Assembly: GCA_002328165.1 (NCBI GenBank)
Contig: DCWS01000052.1
Span: 26,677-90,676, forward strand
Length of the DNA: 64,000 bases
Direction of reading: 5' to 3'
DNA from: Desulfobacteraceae bacterium UBA2156
Lineage (GTDB): Bacteria; Desulfobacterota; Desulfobacteria; Desulfobacterales; UBA2156
The stretch's first letter is position 1. Each line of letters opens with the position of its first letter. Positions 40,868-51,169 of this stretch are shown one piece after another. The notes below the pieces were generated by a model. That model was not told the origin of the DNA and searched no databases. It worked only from the letters and a program-made list of their open reading frames with translations. The position numbers and the translations under genes are program-made.

Positions 40868-41722
40868 GTGGATAGGATCGGTATAGTCGTAAAGGCGGAT
40901 GATGCGGCCCAAAGGAAGGCGGATGAACTCGAATCGTGGCTGGCAAAAAGGGGTATAGAAGTTATACAGAAAAAGAACTTCCCCCATGGTCGAAAAGTTT
41001 CGCAGAACAACAAAACCTTTGCCCCATCAGATCTGTTTTGTATTTTCGTTTTGGGTGGAGATGGTACTTTTTTAAGCGCTGTCCGATGGATTGGAAACCA
41101 GAAAATACCGGTTCTCGGTGTTAAATTCGGTGAAACCGGTTTTCTGGCGGAAACCGCTGAAAATGACCTGTTTGTCGTTGCAGAACACATTCTGAACAGA
41201 AAATTTTTCATCGAGCCGAGAATGCGGCTTTTGGTCAGGGTCATCAGAGGGGAAACGGAGCGGACAAGCGAAACCGTATTAAACGATGTTGTGATCAACA
41301 AAGGCGCCCTGGCGAGACTGGCTCATATCAAAACATATCTCGATGATTACAACCTGACCACATATAGGGCTGACGGACTTATTGTCGCGACACCGACCGG
41401 TTCGACCGCATACTCGCTTGCTGCAGGGGGTCCGATTATTCACCCGGCGGTGCCCGGCATCATCATGACCCCTATTTGCCCTTTCACTTTAACCAACCGG
41501 CCATTGATTGTGCCGGATTCGGTGACCGTAACCATTCGGCTGGCTAAAAAATCATCAAATATTATGCTTACCTTTGATGGTCAGGTGGGTTTGGAAATAA
41601 ATAACAGGGACAGGATTGTGGTCCAAAAGGACCGTCATCCCATCAACATGATCACCATATCCGGTCATCATTATTATGATGTATTAAAGACCCGGTTATC
41701 GTGGGGTGGTGGGCGGAATTAA
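40868..41722 (+). CDS. nadK: NAD kinase
   Basis: [35 protein letters not shown] and FDG. Confidence 0.96.
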   Translation: MDRIGIVVKADDAAQRKADELESWLAKRGIEVIQKKNFPHGRKVSQNNKTFAPSDLFCIFVLGGDGTFLSAVRWIGNQKIPVLGVKFGETGFLAETAENDLFVVAEHILNRKFFIEPRMRLLVRVIRGETERTSETVLNDVVINKGALARLAHIKTYLDDYNLTTYRADGLIVATPTGSTAYSLAAGGPIIHPAVPGIIMTPICPFTLTNRPLIVPDSVTVTIRLAKKSSNIMLTFDGQVGLEINNRDRIVVQKDRHPINMITISGHHYYDVLKTRLSWGGGRN

Positions 41723-41755
41723 AGGACCCGATCGGTCGATACAGCCTGACCGCTT

Positions 41756-42139
41756 CTATTTTTCTTCTTTTATCTCAAACAGATTGCCGTCATCATCCCT
41801 GATAAAGATAAGTGATTTGCCTCCCGTTTCAATTTGAATGATTTTTATGCCCGATGATCGGCATCTGTCCAGAAAGCTTTTTGTGTTGCCGACTTCAAGA
41901 CAAGTATGCGCGATCCTTTTCCCCATCTGACTTTTCGCCCTGCTGATAAAGATTTCAAAGTGAACGGCGTTATCGGCATAATTGATAATTTTATATTCAG
42001 AATCTATATTGAAAATTTGCTTTGACAATGTGGATGGGATATTTTTTGTGCTCGTCTTTTTCAACCCCAACAGATTTTTATAAAATTTGTCGCATCTCTT
42101 TTCGGAACTGCAAACCAGTGCAACATGTTTTAAACGCAT
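41756..42139 (-). CDS. VOC/glyoxalase family protein
   Basis: LKHVAL, FY..LLGL, HTCLEV and FIRDDDGNLFEI. Confidence 0.85.
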   Translation of the reverse strand: MRLKHVALVCSSEKRCDKFYKNLLGLKKTSTKNIPSTLSKQIFNIDSEYKIINYADNAVHFEIFISRAKSQMGKRIAHTCLEVGNTKSFLDRCRSSGIKIIQIETGGKSLIFIRDDDGNLFEIKEEK

Positions 42140-42318
42140 AATCAACCCCTCCTTTCCCTTACCATCCACACGGATAACGGACATGATTTCCAAGTCAAAC
42201 TATGGGCATGGCGTTAATTTTAAACTAAATTTATTGGTTTTTCAATCCTTATCCAAATCCAAACCACGGGTTGGGTTGCTTGACACCCATACCTTATTTT
42301 TATATAGATTTCACTGTT

Positions 42319-42909
42319 ATGGTGAAACATTTTACTTTTTTCAAGTTGATTTTAGGTTCAATTGTCTGTCTGATTTTTTTAGACAACCCAAAGACTGCTT
42401 GGCCTGAAAAGGAGACGCAGAATGAAATCCCTACTCGCTATGGTATGGCAGCGGTGTTGGGGAAAACATTTGATCCTGTAAATGATATCCATTTTGTCCA
42501 GGTATCCGGTTTTATCATGTGGGATTATGAACGCGTTTGGCGTCATCGAGCATCGGATTCCCTGCGGTTCAAAGTGGAAACCACTGTCGGTACAACGACA
42601 TCTCCAAAGGCGCGGGCCATGGTCGCTGTTGATATGATGGCCTTGTGTTATTTAGAACCTTTTCCCCACCCCAAAATACATCCTTTTCTGGAGGGCGGTG
42701 TCGGGTTGATATATACAGACTTCCAGGTGGAAGGTCAGGGACTTCGTTTTAATGCCAACCCTCAGATCGGAATCGGAACCGAATTCTACGTCGATTCCGG
42801 GGCGCCGTATTTTATGACCATCCGACTCCAGCATATATCAAATGGGGGACTCCATAAAGATAATCGGGGCGTCAACTCCTTTGTTTTTATGATCGGTCGT
42901 TTTTTTTAA
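42319..42909 (+). CDS. acyloxyacyl hydrolase / lipid A 3-O-deacylase (PagL-like beta-barrel)
   Basis: PFLEGGVG, catalytic HISNG and NRGVN motifs, C-terminal Phe. Confidence 0.8.
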   Translation: MVKHFTFFKLILGSIVCLIFLDNPKTAWPEKETQNEIPTRYGMAAVLGKTFDPVNDIHFVQVSGFIMWDYERVWRHRASDSLRFKVETTVGTTTSPKARAMVAVDMMALCYLEPFPHPKIHPFLEGGVGLIYTDFQVEGQGLRFNANPQIGIGTEFYVDSGAPYFMTIRLQHISNGGLHKDNRGVNSFVFMIGRFF

Positions 42910-42963
42910 AGCCATTGTTTTCATTTAGGGATAGATTATAGAGAGTTTCATTCGCAACAACAC

Positions 42964-44142
42964 ATGGGAAAATTTAAAACCGATACATTCGAGTTTGAAA
43001 AACGAAAACCCAACACGGTAACGATTACAGATGCGGCTGCGATTACGGCGCTGGGAACCAATCTTCAAGAGACGTGGCAGGGAGTTTTAGCCGGCAGGAC
43101 AGCCATCAGACCGATAAACCGTTTTGCTGTGGGCAACTACAGTACCAAGGTTGCCGCCTGTGTTGAGGATTTAAAATCATCTCACGGCGAATCCCTGCTG
43201 CATTCTTTACTTGACCGCCTTTTTGTTAAAAGGACTTCGATTCCCACTGATGCTTTTCTTATCACGGCAACCACTAAAGCAGGCATCGATAATCTGGAAC
43301 TGATCCGCCGTGGATACCCTGCAGATCTTCAGGATATATTGCTGTCATCCATAACGAAGATCGTTACCGAAAAACTCGGCCTGACAGACAGGGGGATCAA
43401 TATCAGTGGTTCCTGTGCTTCCTCGACCATAGCTGTTGCCAGGGCGGCAGCATTGATCGTCTCTGGAAGAGCCGACGTGGTATTGGTCTGTTGTGCAGAT
43501 CTGGTTACTGAATTCATATTCTCCGGATTTGCCGCTTTAAAGGCGCTCTCGCCTGTTCCATGTCAGCCCTTTGACCGGACCCGGAAAGGTTTATCCCTTG
43601 GGGAAGGTGCAGTGGTTCTGCTTTTGATGAGCAAAAAAAGGGCGAAGCGCGATAATCGGTGCTCCCTGGCAACGATTCACGGTTGGGGTGTTGCAAATGA
43701 TGCCACACATATCACGGCTCCGGACAAGAGCGGAAGCGGTTTGGTCCGGGCCACCGTTCAAGCACTGAGTATGGCAAAAAAAGACCCTGAAGAGATCAAC
43801 GCCATCAGTGCCCATGGAACCGGAACAATTTATAATGATCTCATGGAACTGACCGCTTTTCGGCAGGTATTTGGAAAACGTAAGATTCCGGTTTATTCGA
43901 TTAAGGGAGCCATTGGGCACACCCTGGGGGCGGCCGGAGGTCTTGAGGTGGCATTGGGACTGCAATCTCTATCAACGAAAATGATACCGCCAACGGTCGG
44001 ATTAATACATCCAATGGAAGAGGCAAAGGGTCGGGTCAGCTCTGAGCCAAAATCGATTTGCGGGGATTACCTTTTAACGACAAATTCAGGTTTTGGCGGC
44101 ATTAATGCCGCGCTTGTACTGGGAGGGGAAAGCATACGGTGA
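42964..44142 (+). CDS. beta-ketoacyl-ACP synthase (type II KS, Cys-His-His)
   Basis: GSCASS, LGEGA, SAHGTGT, IGHTLGAAG and SGFGGIN. Confidence 0.9.
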   Translation: MGKFKTDTFEFEKRKPNTVTITDAAAITALGTNLQETWQGVLAGRTAIRPINRFAVGNYSTKVAACVEDLKSSHGESLLHSLLDRLFVKRTSIPTDAFLITATTKAGIDNLELIRRGYPADLQDILLSSITKIVTEKLGLTDRGINISGSCASSTIAVARAAALIVSGRADVVLVCCADLVTEFIFSGFAALKALSPVPCQPFDRTRKGLSLGEGAVVLLLMSKKRAKRDNRCSLATIHGWGVANDATHITAPDKSGSGLVRATVQALSMAKKDPEEINAISAHGTGTIYNDLMELTAFRQVFGKRKIPVYSIKGAIGHTLGAAGGLEVALGLQSLSTKMIPPTVGLIHPMEEAKGRVSSEPKSICGDYLLTTNSGFGGINAALVLGGESIR

Positions 44143-44867
44143 CTGTTGATATTACCGGAATCGGCTGGGTAACAGCCGCCGGCATGGGAACCGCCAAAGA
44201 TCACAACCGGTTTGCCATGCCGAATGGCCCATTGCCAAATATTACCCTCGATTCAGCCTATGATAAGGCGTATCCGTATTTAAGGCGTTTGGATGAATAT
44301 TCAAGGTTGGGATTGGCAGCCATATCATTTGCTCTCAAAGACTCAAGTCTACACGAATGGAATGAAAAACGCCATATCGGCATCATTTCCTCCACAGCGT
44401 ATGGTTGCCTGGGCACCGATATTGATTATTTCGAAACCGTATTGGCCAAGAACAAGCTCAGCCCCAGTCCGGCCTTGTTTGCCTATACCCTGCCCAACAG
44501 TTTCCTGGGGGAGGCAGCCATCCGCTTCGGACTGACCGGAATGAATTTCGTAATCAGTGAACCGGTCCCTACCGGATTGAGCAGCCTTCAGATGGCCCTG
44601 GATTGCATCGCCTCCGGTGAAATTGAAAAAATGCTTTGCGGGGTATGTGACCTGGGTTGTCCGCCGATATTGGGCGTAAAAAGCAGTTTACCGCCCGGAG
44701 CACTCTTTTTTATGATAGAGAGGCTTCCTGGGAAAGATTCTTACTCCTACGGGCCGGTTGGTCTGGACAGAAAAGGTCGTATCTTGTTTAATCGAACAGA
44801 AATAGAAGACCTTACCGTGCTCGTTCAAAAGTGCCTGGCGCGTTACCGGGCTTTTCGGGATAAATAA
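44139..44867 (+). CDS. short KS-like chain-length-factor partner
   Basis: ITGIGWV, RRLDEYSR and SPALFAYTLPN; no catalytic Cys/His; overlaps the KS stop. Confidence 0.8.
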   Translation: MTVDITGIGWVTAAGMGTAKDHNRFAMPNGPLPNITLDSAYDKAYPYLRRLDEYSRLGLAAISFALKDSSLHEWNEKRHIGIISSTAYGCLGTDIDYFETVLAKNKLSPSPALFAYTLPNSFLGEAAIRFGLTGMNFVISEPVPTGLSSLQMALDCIASGEIEKMLCGVCDLGCPPILGVKSSLPPGALFFMIERLPGKDSYSYGPVGLDRKGRILFNRTEIEDLTVLVQKCLARYRAFRDK

Positions 44868-44877
44868 TATTAGAAAC

Positions 44878-46305
44878 TCATTGGTTCGGTTTGAAATTTT
44901 GTCTGGCAGCCAAAAACGATGGAAAGTGCGCCGCAAGATACCAAAGGCTTTTTCGATGCTGCCAGAGTCGGTTTTTAAATTTGCGGCGCCATTGCGGAGA
45001 GGTATAGAAACGTTTTACGTGCATATTGTAAAGTTGTTCGAGTTTTTCTTTGGAATCTATCCCCTTGGGAACGAACACGAAATTAATGCAGTTCATTTTT
45101 CGCCAATCCTGGTCGAATGTTCCAAATTCATGAATACGAGACCAGATCGGTGCACCATGAAATGGGGTAAATTTGGACATGTTCATGTCGTCAAGACCGA
45201 GCGACATGACATAATCGCTTGTTTTTCGAATTGACGCTTCGGTGTCGCCCGGAAGTCCCATCATAAAGAGTCCCTTGGCCCTGAGATTGTTGCCTTGAAT
45301 TTGCTTCACCGCATCGACAATCTCATCAAGATTAACACCCGGTTTATGAAATTCCAGCAAGGTCGAGTCACCGGTTTCGATGCCCAATGAGAGCATCAGA
45401 CAACCTGCTTTTTTTAACATTTTTAGCAACGGATCATCTATCTGTCCGACTCGAATGGCACAGTTGAACTGCATGCCAAGCGGTTTTCGGATCAGGAGGC
45501 TGCACAGATCGAGGGTCCGGCGACGATTGGCCGTGAAAAGATCGTCGTAAATGTTGATATGGCGAACACCAAATTGTTTCCGCAGAAATCGCATGTGCTC
45601 ATAAACGTATTCTGCGGAATTAAAACGATAGCCTTTTTTGAAGACCGAGCGGTCACAGTAGGAACATCGATACGGGCAGCCCCGGCTGGTGACCATGGTT
45701 GCCCCGGGACCCAGGATAAAGCTAAAGAGCGGCAGATTGTAACCTTTGGGGAACCCGTTCAATTTATCGTAGGCAGGAAAAGGAAGCGTATCAAGATCAG
45801 CGATAACAGGCCGTGCCGGATTGGTTACGGTTTGAGCGCCATTTCTCCAGATCAGTCCTTCAATCAGCCGATGCTCCATGCCTGAGGCTAAATCTGCCAG
45901 CGTAACCTCCCCTTCACCCCGGCAGAGAAAATCGATATGTTCAAAATCTTTTAAAAGAACCATCCCCATGGATGAAACGTGTACCCCGCCAAAGACGGTT
46001 TGGATTTCCGGACAGGCAGTTTTGATCCGTTTGGCCAGATCGTAGCCGTCCAAAAAACCAGAAGTTGTTGCAGAAAACCCCACCAGATCCGGGTGATAAC
46101 CGAGGATGGTCTTGGCATGGGCTGCGTTGTTTTTTAGCGCATGCGGCCCTAGACAGTCATGGACAAATACTTCGTTTCCCTCTTGATCAAGCCAAGCGGC
46201 AATTGACAAAAGGCCCAGGGGTGCCATTCGATTAGCGGTTGCGGTAATATCTTTTCTACCGGGCACCCAGTTTGACCCTTTTGGGTGGACAAGCACGACC
46301 CTCAT
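44878..46305 (-). CDS. cobalamin-binding radical SAM enzyme
   Basis: B12 domain (PLGLLSIAA, GGVH, GEGE) plus SRGCPYRCSYC, YDDLF and GIETG. Confidence 0.92.
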   Translation of the reverse strand: MRVVLVHPKGSNWVPGRKDITATANRMAPLGLLSIAAWLDQEGNEVFVHDCLGPHALKNNAAHAKTILGYHPDLVGFSATTSGFLDGYDLAKRIKTACPEIQTVFGGVHVSSMGMVLLKDFEHIDFLCRGEGEVTLADLASGMEHRLIEGLIWRNGAQTVTNPARPVIADLDTLPFPAYDKLNGFPKGYNLPLFSFILGPGATMVTSRGCPYRCSYCDRSVFKKGYRFNSAEYVYEHMRFLRKQFGVRHINIYDDLFTANRRRTLDLCSLLIRKPLGMQFNCAIRVGQIDDPLLKMLKKAGCLMLSLGIETGDSTLLEFHKPGVNLDEIVDAVKQIQGNNLRAKGLFMMGLPGDTEASIRKTSDYVMSLGLDDMNMSKFTPFHGAPIWSRIHEFGTFDQDWRKMNCINFVFVPKGIDSKEKLEQLYNMHVKRFYTSPQWRRKFKNRLWQHRKSLWYLAAHFPSFLAARQNFKPNQ

Positions 46306-46314
46306 GTTAATCCT

Positions 46315-47166
46315 TCATCTTTCTTCTTTAACGCCGTCAATATTTATTATCATCACCGGCCGGCCGATCATTTCTGCCAGCGGCAAAACCGCGAGTCCCT
46401 TGCCCTTTATGCCTGATATAATGAACTCAATCTCGTTTAACCAGTAGGCCAAAAGGGTCGGTTGATGCGGTCTGACATCATGGAGGAGAACGATATCCCC
46501 AGGTCGGATACTTTTTAAGATTTTTTTTGAAAGTCCTTTTATCCATCTGTTCCCGCCATCAAAGGCGCGACAGCTAAAATTGACGATAAACTTACCGGAT
46601 TTCAGAAGAGCCGGCCGAAGCCTGGGGCCTGTAATACCCACCGGCGGACGAAAAGCAAGTGCCATGACCCCGAAACTGCCCAGCACATTTTGTGTAGCCT
46701 CTATATCCTTTGCAATGGATTTGCAGCTTTTAAACATGACCAGATTATTGTGCACGTAAGAATGATTGCCGATAGAATGACCATGAAGCAGAATTTCTTC
46801 TATCAATTTCGGGTGTTCGGCCGCTTTTTTTCCGGTAACAAAAAAAGTTGCTTTTATCTGATACTTTAAGAGTAGCTCCAGCAGCTGCGGGGTGGACATC
46901 GGATCGGGCCCGTCATCAAAGGTAAGGGCTATCGCATTTTTGCTTGATGTGCCGCGGCTGATGATCGGGAGATAAAAGCCAAAACGGGGAAAAAAGGGGG
47001 CCATCATACACAGCAGGATAAAACCGGCTAAAGGGATCGCAAATAATTTCAGATCAAAAAATAACATGAAACCCGCGATCAGAAATGAAACAAGGCCAAC
47101 CTGTTCACCTACCGATAACATAAAGTTTTCTGAATCGATTGCATCCATAAAAATAAAAGAATTCAA
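46315..47166 (-). CDS. membrane-anchored polysaccharide deacetylase (NodB/CE4)
   Basis: ALTFDDGP, GNHSYVH, FRPPVG and IVLLHD. Confidence 0.92.
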   Translation of the reverse strand: MNSFIFMDAIDSENFMLSVGEQVGLVSFLIAGFMLFFDLKLFAIPLAGFILLCMMAPFFPRFGFYLPIISRGTSSKNAIALTFDDGPDPMSTPQLLELLLKYQIKATFFVTGKKAAEHPKLIEEILLHGHSIGNHSYVHNNLVMFKSCKSIAKDIEATQNVLGSFGVMALAFRPPVGITGPRLRPALLKSGKFIVNFSCRAFDGGNRWIKGLSKKILKSIRPGDIVLLHDVRPHQPTLLAYWLNEIEFIISGIKGKGLAVLPLAEMIGRPVMIINIDGVKEER

Positions 47167-50100
47167 GATCCGGCTTTTGCAATAAACCAGACCAATTCTC
47201 CATTTGACCCCGATGGCTCAGTCCGTTCAATGTTGAATCCGGCTTTCATTAGAATGGTTTTATTTTTTTCGATCGATCGATAATAAGATCGCGTACCGGA
47301 AAGTTTAAGTTTAAAGTTCTCCAGCCACCAAACCAGAGGGAATCGTCTTTTAGGCGATATGGGGGCCCTGACAATCAGACGGCTATTCCTGTGGAATTTT
47401 TTACAGAGCCTGTCCAGCGTCATCTTAAGCTCATCGTCATTTAGATATTGTATGATGTCCAACATGACCACCAAATCAACCTGCTCCGGAACCGTTGGGA
47501 TATGCGGCGCGCGGCCGAGGCTGATTGAACCTTTTTCACCAACCGCTATAGCCGCTATCCTGACCCGTCTCCGGTTCGGGTCAATTCCATATATTTTTGC
47601 TTCAAGGAACTGCTCAAGTAACCAGTTGGCCGGCACACCATAGCCACATCCAATGTCAATGATGGTGCTGATCCCATCGCAAGATTTCAAGATTTGGGGT
47701 AGCTCCGAAAACATCGGATCGAAACGCAATTTAAAACGCACAAATAATCGGGGATAGGCTTCCACGTTTCGGTACCGTCTTAAAACCTTTTCCCGATAAT
47801 TTGCGGGATCGGTGTCATTTTTTTCCCGTGTTTGAAAACGATGGTTTAAAACAGGCGGCAGAATGATAAATGCACCGATAAGTGAATAACCGATACCCAG
47901 CAGTGCAGTTATTCCCGCACTTTTTAAAAGTGAATGTTCAGCAAAAAATAAAACGCCAAATCCGATAAGGGTTGATGCAGACGCCATAAAAACAGCCATT
48001 CGGATAAGTTCGAAAGATGGGTGAAAGGCATTACCATATCGCTGATATGACCTGACAAAAAACAATGAATAATCAATGCCCATCCCCAGGACAATGATCG
48101 CCAGCATCAATCCGGGTATATCCAAGGGCTTCCCGATAATTTTTAGGGTTCCCAGAGTACTTATCAGGGCAAATAAAACTGGAAGCAGGGAGATGAAGGT
48201 TAATGTCACATCGAAAAAGAAAATAAACAGAAGAACTGTAACGCTCGCGCCTATGATGATTAGCATTTTCAAAAAAGTGGAAAATAATAATTTTCCGAGC
48301 TTTTCCGAAAAAAAGGCCGGGTCAAACAGTTTGCCCATTGATCCATATTTGGCAAAAAAATCTTCGGAATTGTAAGATGGACCAATTGTCAAACTGGAAA
48401 CGTGTATCCATGTATCCGCCTCAGCGCCCTTGATAATACCGAACAGGTCAAAAAATCTTTCAGGAATATCTAAATTTGAGGGAAGATAAGAATCTGGTTT
48501 AAGTAATTGATAAAAAGGGTCAAAAGCATCTGCGGTGAACCCCAGATCAACGGAAGCCGCTTTTATTGATTTCTTTAATGCTGAAACCCTGTTGCGATTC
48601 CAAAAATTTTGCCACGCTGTAAAATTTTGTCTCCTTCTGTCTGCACCGGGAAAAATCATTGAAGGAACAAAGCCCGGGGACAAAATCTCCGGATGAATCT
48701 CCTGGTCCAGAATGCCCAAAAGACGATCGCCTTTTTTCTGAAGTTCAATCATGCTGTTGCCTTCGGTCATCACATATATTTTATTGGGCAGCTTCCCCCA
48801 AACATTTAAAATCAAATTTTCTGCGGCCGCGGTTTCACTGCTGACCGTATTCATCGAACTCAGGCTGACATTGAATTTTGGCTTGGCAAAGAAAATCATG
48901 AAGATCGCAAAAATGAGGGCACAAAGGGCGCCAATTTTACCGGTTAGCGCAAACCTGTTGACAATATTCTGAAGCGCCAAGGCCCGTGGACGTGCCGGGG
49001 GCATTTCAGGAAAAATCAGGGGGAAAATGGCATGAACGAAAATAAAAGAAAATGAAATACCGAGGGCTGTGAACTGGCCCAGTTGTTTCAAGATAGGGAA
49101 ACCACTCATATTTAGCGCTGTAAAAGCACCCGCGGTCGTCAACACAGCGATAAGCCCGACCGCACGAATCTCTCTTGATGCCTCCCTGCCATAGGTTGCA
49201 TGTGGCCGGTCAAGGAACAAAAGATAAGCAATAGCATGATCGACAGATATCGATATGATCGCCCCACCAAAACCGAGTACCATAAGCGAAACAGTTTTGT
49301 GGAAAAGGGAGTACACGAAAAATGCTATCATCGTGCCCGCAATAGCCGGCAAAAGAGACAACAGCCCGATAAGGGGTCTTGGAAAGGCAAAAATGAGTAG
49401 CAATGTGATGCCGATCGTTGCAAACAGGATTGCATTGCGAACATCCTTTCTCACAATAAGTTCATTATCCAGAGCAACACGGTATGCACCGACCGGCGTT
49501 AAGGAAAACCGGTATCCCGCTTCAGAATATTTTTCTTTGACTTCCAACGACAGGGTGTGAATCAGCTCGGCTGCCTGACGGGAAAAGGAGGTTTCTGTAC
49601 TCGAAGTTATCGGATTGGCCATCAATAGCAGGTGTTTACCGTCAGATGATATCAGCTGCCTTTTATATATACGAACATTCTGTGATGGTGAGAGATAAGC
49701 CAATTTGGCCATTACCAATTCTTTGAGGCCCAAGGGATCCTTTAGGATAAGTTCGGTCTGGCCGATGCCTTCTATGTTTAACAATTGGTTGCGAATATCC
49801 GTCAGTTTTTTTTGAATTTTTTTTTCGTTGAGCAATGGTTCAATTTTAGTTTTAAGTTCGTTTTCAGAGAACATTACAGGCAGGTGACGTAAAATATAAA
49901 AGAGTAAATCTGGTATAAGATTCTGGGCTTCCTTCATGCCCACGCTTTTAAATAACCCGCTTTTCTCCAGTCTTTTTTCAACAAGCTCGGCACATTCAAC
50001 CAGAATGTCCAAATCGTCCTTTTGATGACTAATATCGATAATCAGATGATCCTGAATCGGATGGTTTTTAATTACATAAAGCCCATCGGAAATTACAGGA

Positions 50101-50228
50101 TCATCTTGTGGCAAGAAACTGACAATATCCGTATCGATCTCTGTTCGATACAATCCGATAGCGAATAATGCCGCCGCCACCAAAAGTACAAAAGTTAACA
50201 AATAAAAATTGATTGAAGTTGACTTCAT
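47163..50228 (-). CDS. MMPL/RND-family exporter fused to a class I SAM methyltransferase
   Basis: Two membrane repeats (ISVDHAI, GMGIDYSLF) and a C-terminal IIDIGCGYG methyltransferase domain. Confidence 0.88.
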   Translation of the reverse strand: MKSTSINFYLLTFVLLVAAALFAIGLYRTEIDTDIVSFLPQDDPVISDGLYVIKNHPIQDHLIIDISHQKDDLDILVECAELVEKRLEKSGLFKSVGMKEAQNLIPDLLFYILRHLPVMFSENELKTKIEPLLNEKKIQKKLTDIRNQLLNIEGIGQTELILKDPLGLKELVMAKLAYLSPSQNVRIYKRQLISSDGKHLLLMANPITSSTETSFSRQAAELIHTLSLEVKEKYSEAGYRFSLTPVGAYRVALDNELIVRKDVRNAILFATIGITLLLIFAFPRPLIGLLSLLPAIAGTMIAFFVYSLFHKTVSLMVLGFGGAIISISVDHAIAYLLFLDRPHATYGREASREIRAVGLIAVLTTAGAFTALNMSGFPILKQLGQFTALGISFSFIFVHAIFPLIFPEMPPARPRALALQNIVNRFALTGKIGALCALIFAIFMIFFAKPKFNVSLSSMNTVSSETAAAENLILNVWGKLPNKIYVMTEGNSMIELQKKGDRLLGILDQEIHPEILSPGFVPSMIFPGADRRRQNFTAWQNFWNRNRVSALKKSIKAASVDLGFTADAFDPFYQLLKPDSYLPSNLDIPERFFDLFGIIKGAEADTWIHVSSLTIGPSYNSEDFFAKYGSMGKLFDPAFFSEKLGKLLFSTFLKMLIIIGASVTVLLFIFFFDVTLTFISLLPVLFALISTLGTLKIIGKPLDIPGLMLAIIVLGMGIDYSLFFVRSYQRYGNAFHPSFELIRMAVFMASASTLIGFGVLFFAEHSLLKSAGITALLGIGYSLIGAFIILPPVLNHRFQTREKNDTDPANYREKVLRRYRNVEAYPRLFVRFKLRFDPMFSELPQILKSCDGISTIIDIGCGYGVPANWLLEQFLEAKIYGIDPNRRRVRIAAIAVGEKGSISLGRAPHIPTVPEQVDLVVMLDIIQYLNDDELKMTLDRLCKKFHRNSRLIVRAPISPKRRFPLVWWLENFKLKLSGTRSYYRSIEKNKTILMKAGFNIERTEPSGSNGELVWFIAKAGS

Positions 50229-50313
50229 TTTGTTTACAGGAGCGATCCGATATGAATGGCCCACATCATAATTCTTGATTGACCGCTGAAATTTATCCTA
50301 ATATATCGACCGC

Positions 50314-50349
50314 GATGTGAAGCTTGAGTTATTACTCAAGTTTCACATC
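50314..50349. repeat. 36-bp palindrome; 17-bp half copy at 50617-50633
   Basis: GATGTGAAGCTTGAGT-TATT-ACTCAAGTTTCACATC; GAAGCTTGAGTTATTAC recurs about 300 bp downstream. Confidence 0.8.
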
Positions 50350-50810
50350 CAATATTTTGAGAAAAACTGCATCAAGCATAGGGTAAAAAGAAATTTTTCT
50401 GGAAAAAATTGATGATGAGCACTTTGACAACGGCTCAAAACCTTTTAAAAGTTAGCATTCCAGAAGCAACTGATATTACATAAAAATCTAAATCACCGCG
50501 TGCCTGTGCTAGGAGACTACCTTATGGATTCCGTTTCACAACGGCTGCTTCATTGTTTTTCCAAAAAAATTTATTTACCCCACACCAGATGCGGCACCGT
50601 GCCCCATTGGGGGCGCGAAGCTTGAGTTATTACCTTTAGTTGAGAAATGATATATGTTTGCGGTTTAAAATTCAACCCAATTTGATGGGGTCGTCACCCG
50701 TGTTTTCACTGTCCAATTTACTGTTGGTCGTCTGTTGAAGATACGCCCTACGCGCCAATTAATGGATGGGAATGCTTCATATCTCGGAGAATGGTTGAAC
50801 GGGATTAAAG

Positions 50811-51158
50811 ATGAAAATCATAAAACGAATTGCTGAAACAAACTATGTCCGTTCGGCGATAAAGGATAAAGCCAATTTAAGCGCATTTAAAAAAAGACCG
50901 TCAATCCGGGTTTTTGCCGGAATATCGGTCATGAGTATCAGCTATCTAATCGGTTGGCCTGTAATAAGTGCGTTGGGAGCGATATCAATCTATCTGAAAA
51001 AACCTTTATTGATCGCAGTGGGTGGTCCACTGACCTACGGACTGTCCCATCTGGTATTTTTATTGGGGATGTATCTGGGTGGCATCGAGTATGCAAAAGT
51101 TTTTCTGCGGTGGGCGACAAGGATTACCATGGAAAAATTGATGGATAAAGGTTTCTGA
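50811..51158 (+). CDS. small membrane protein
   Basis: 115-aa ORF with ATG and hydrophobic helices (SYLIGWP, GGPLTYGLSHLVF). Confidence 0.7.
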   Translation: MKIIKRIAETNYVRSAIKDKANLSAFKKRPSIRVFAGISVMSISYLIGWPVISALGAISIYLKKPLLIAVGGPLTYGLSHLVFLLGMYLGGIEYAKVFLRWATRITMEKLMDKGF

Positions 51159-51169
51159 CCAGGGAAGGA

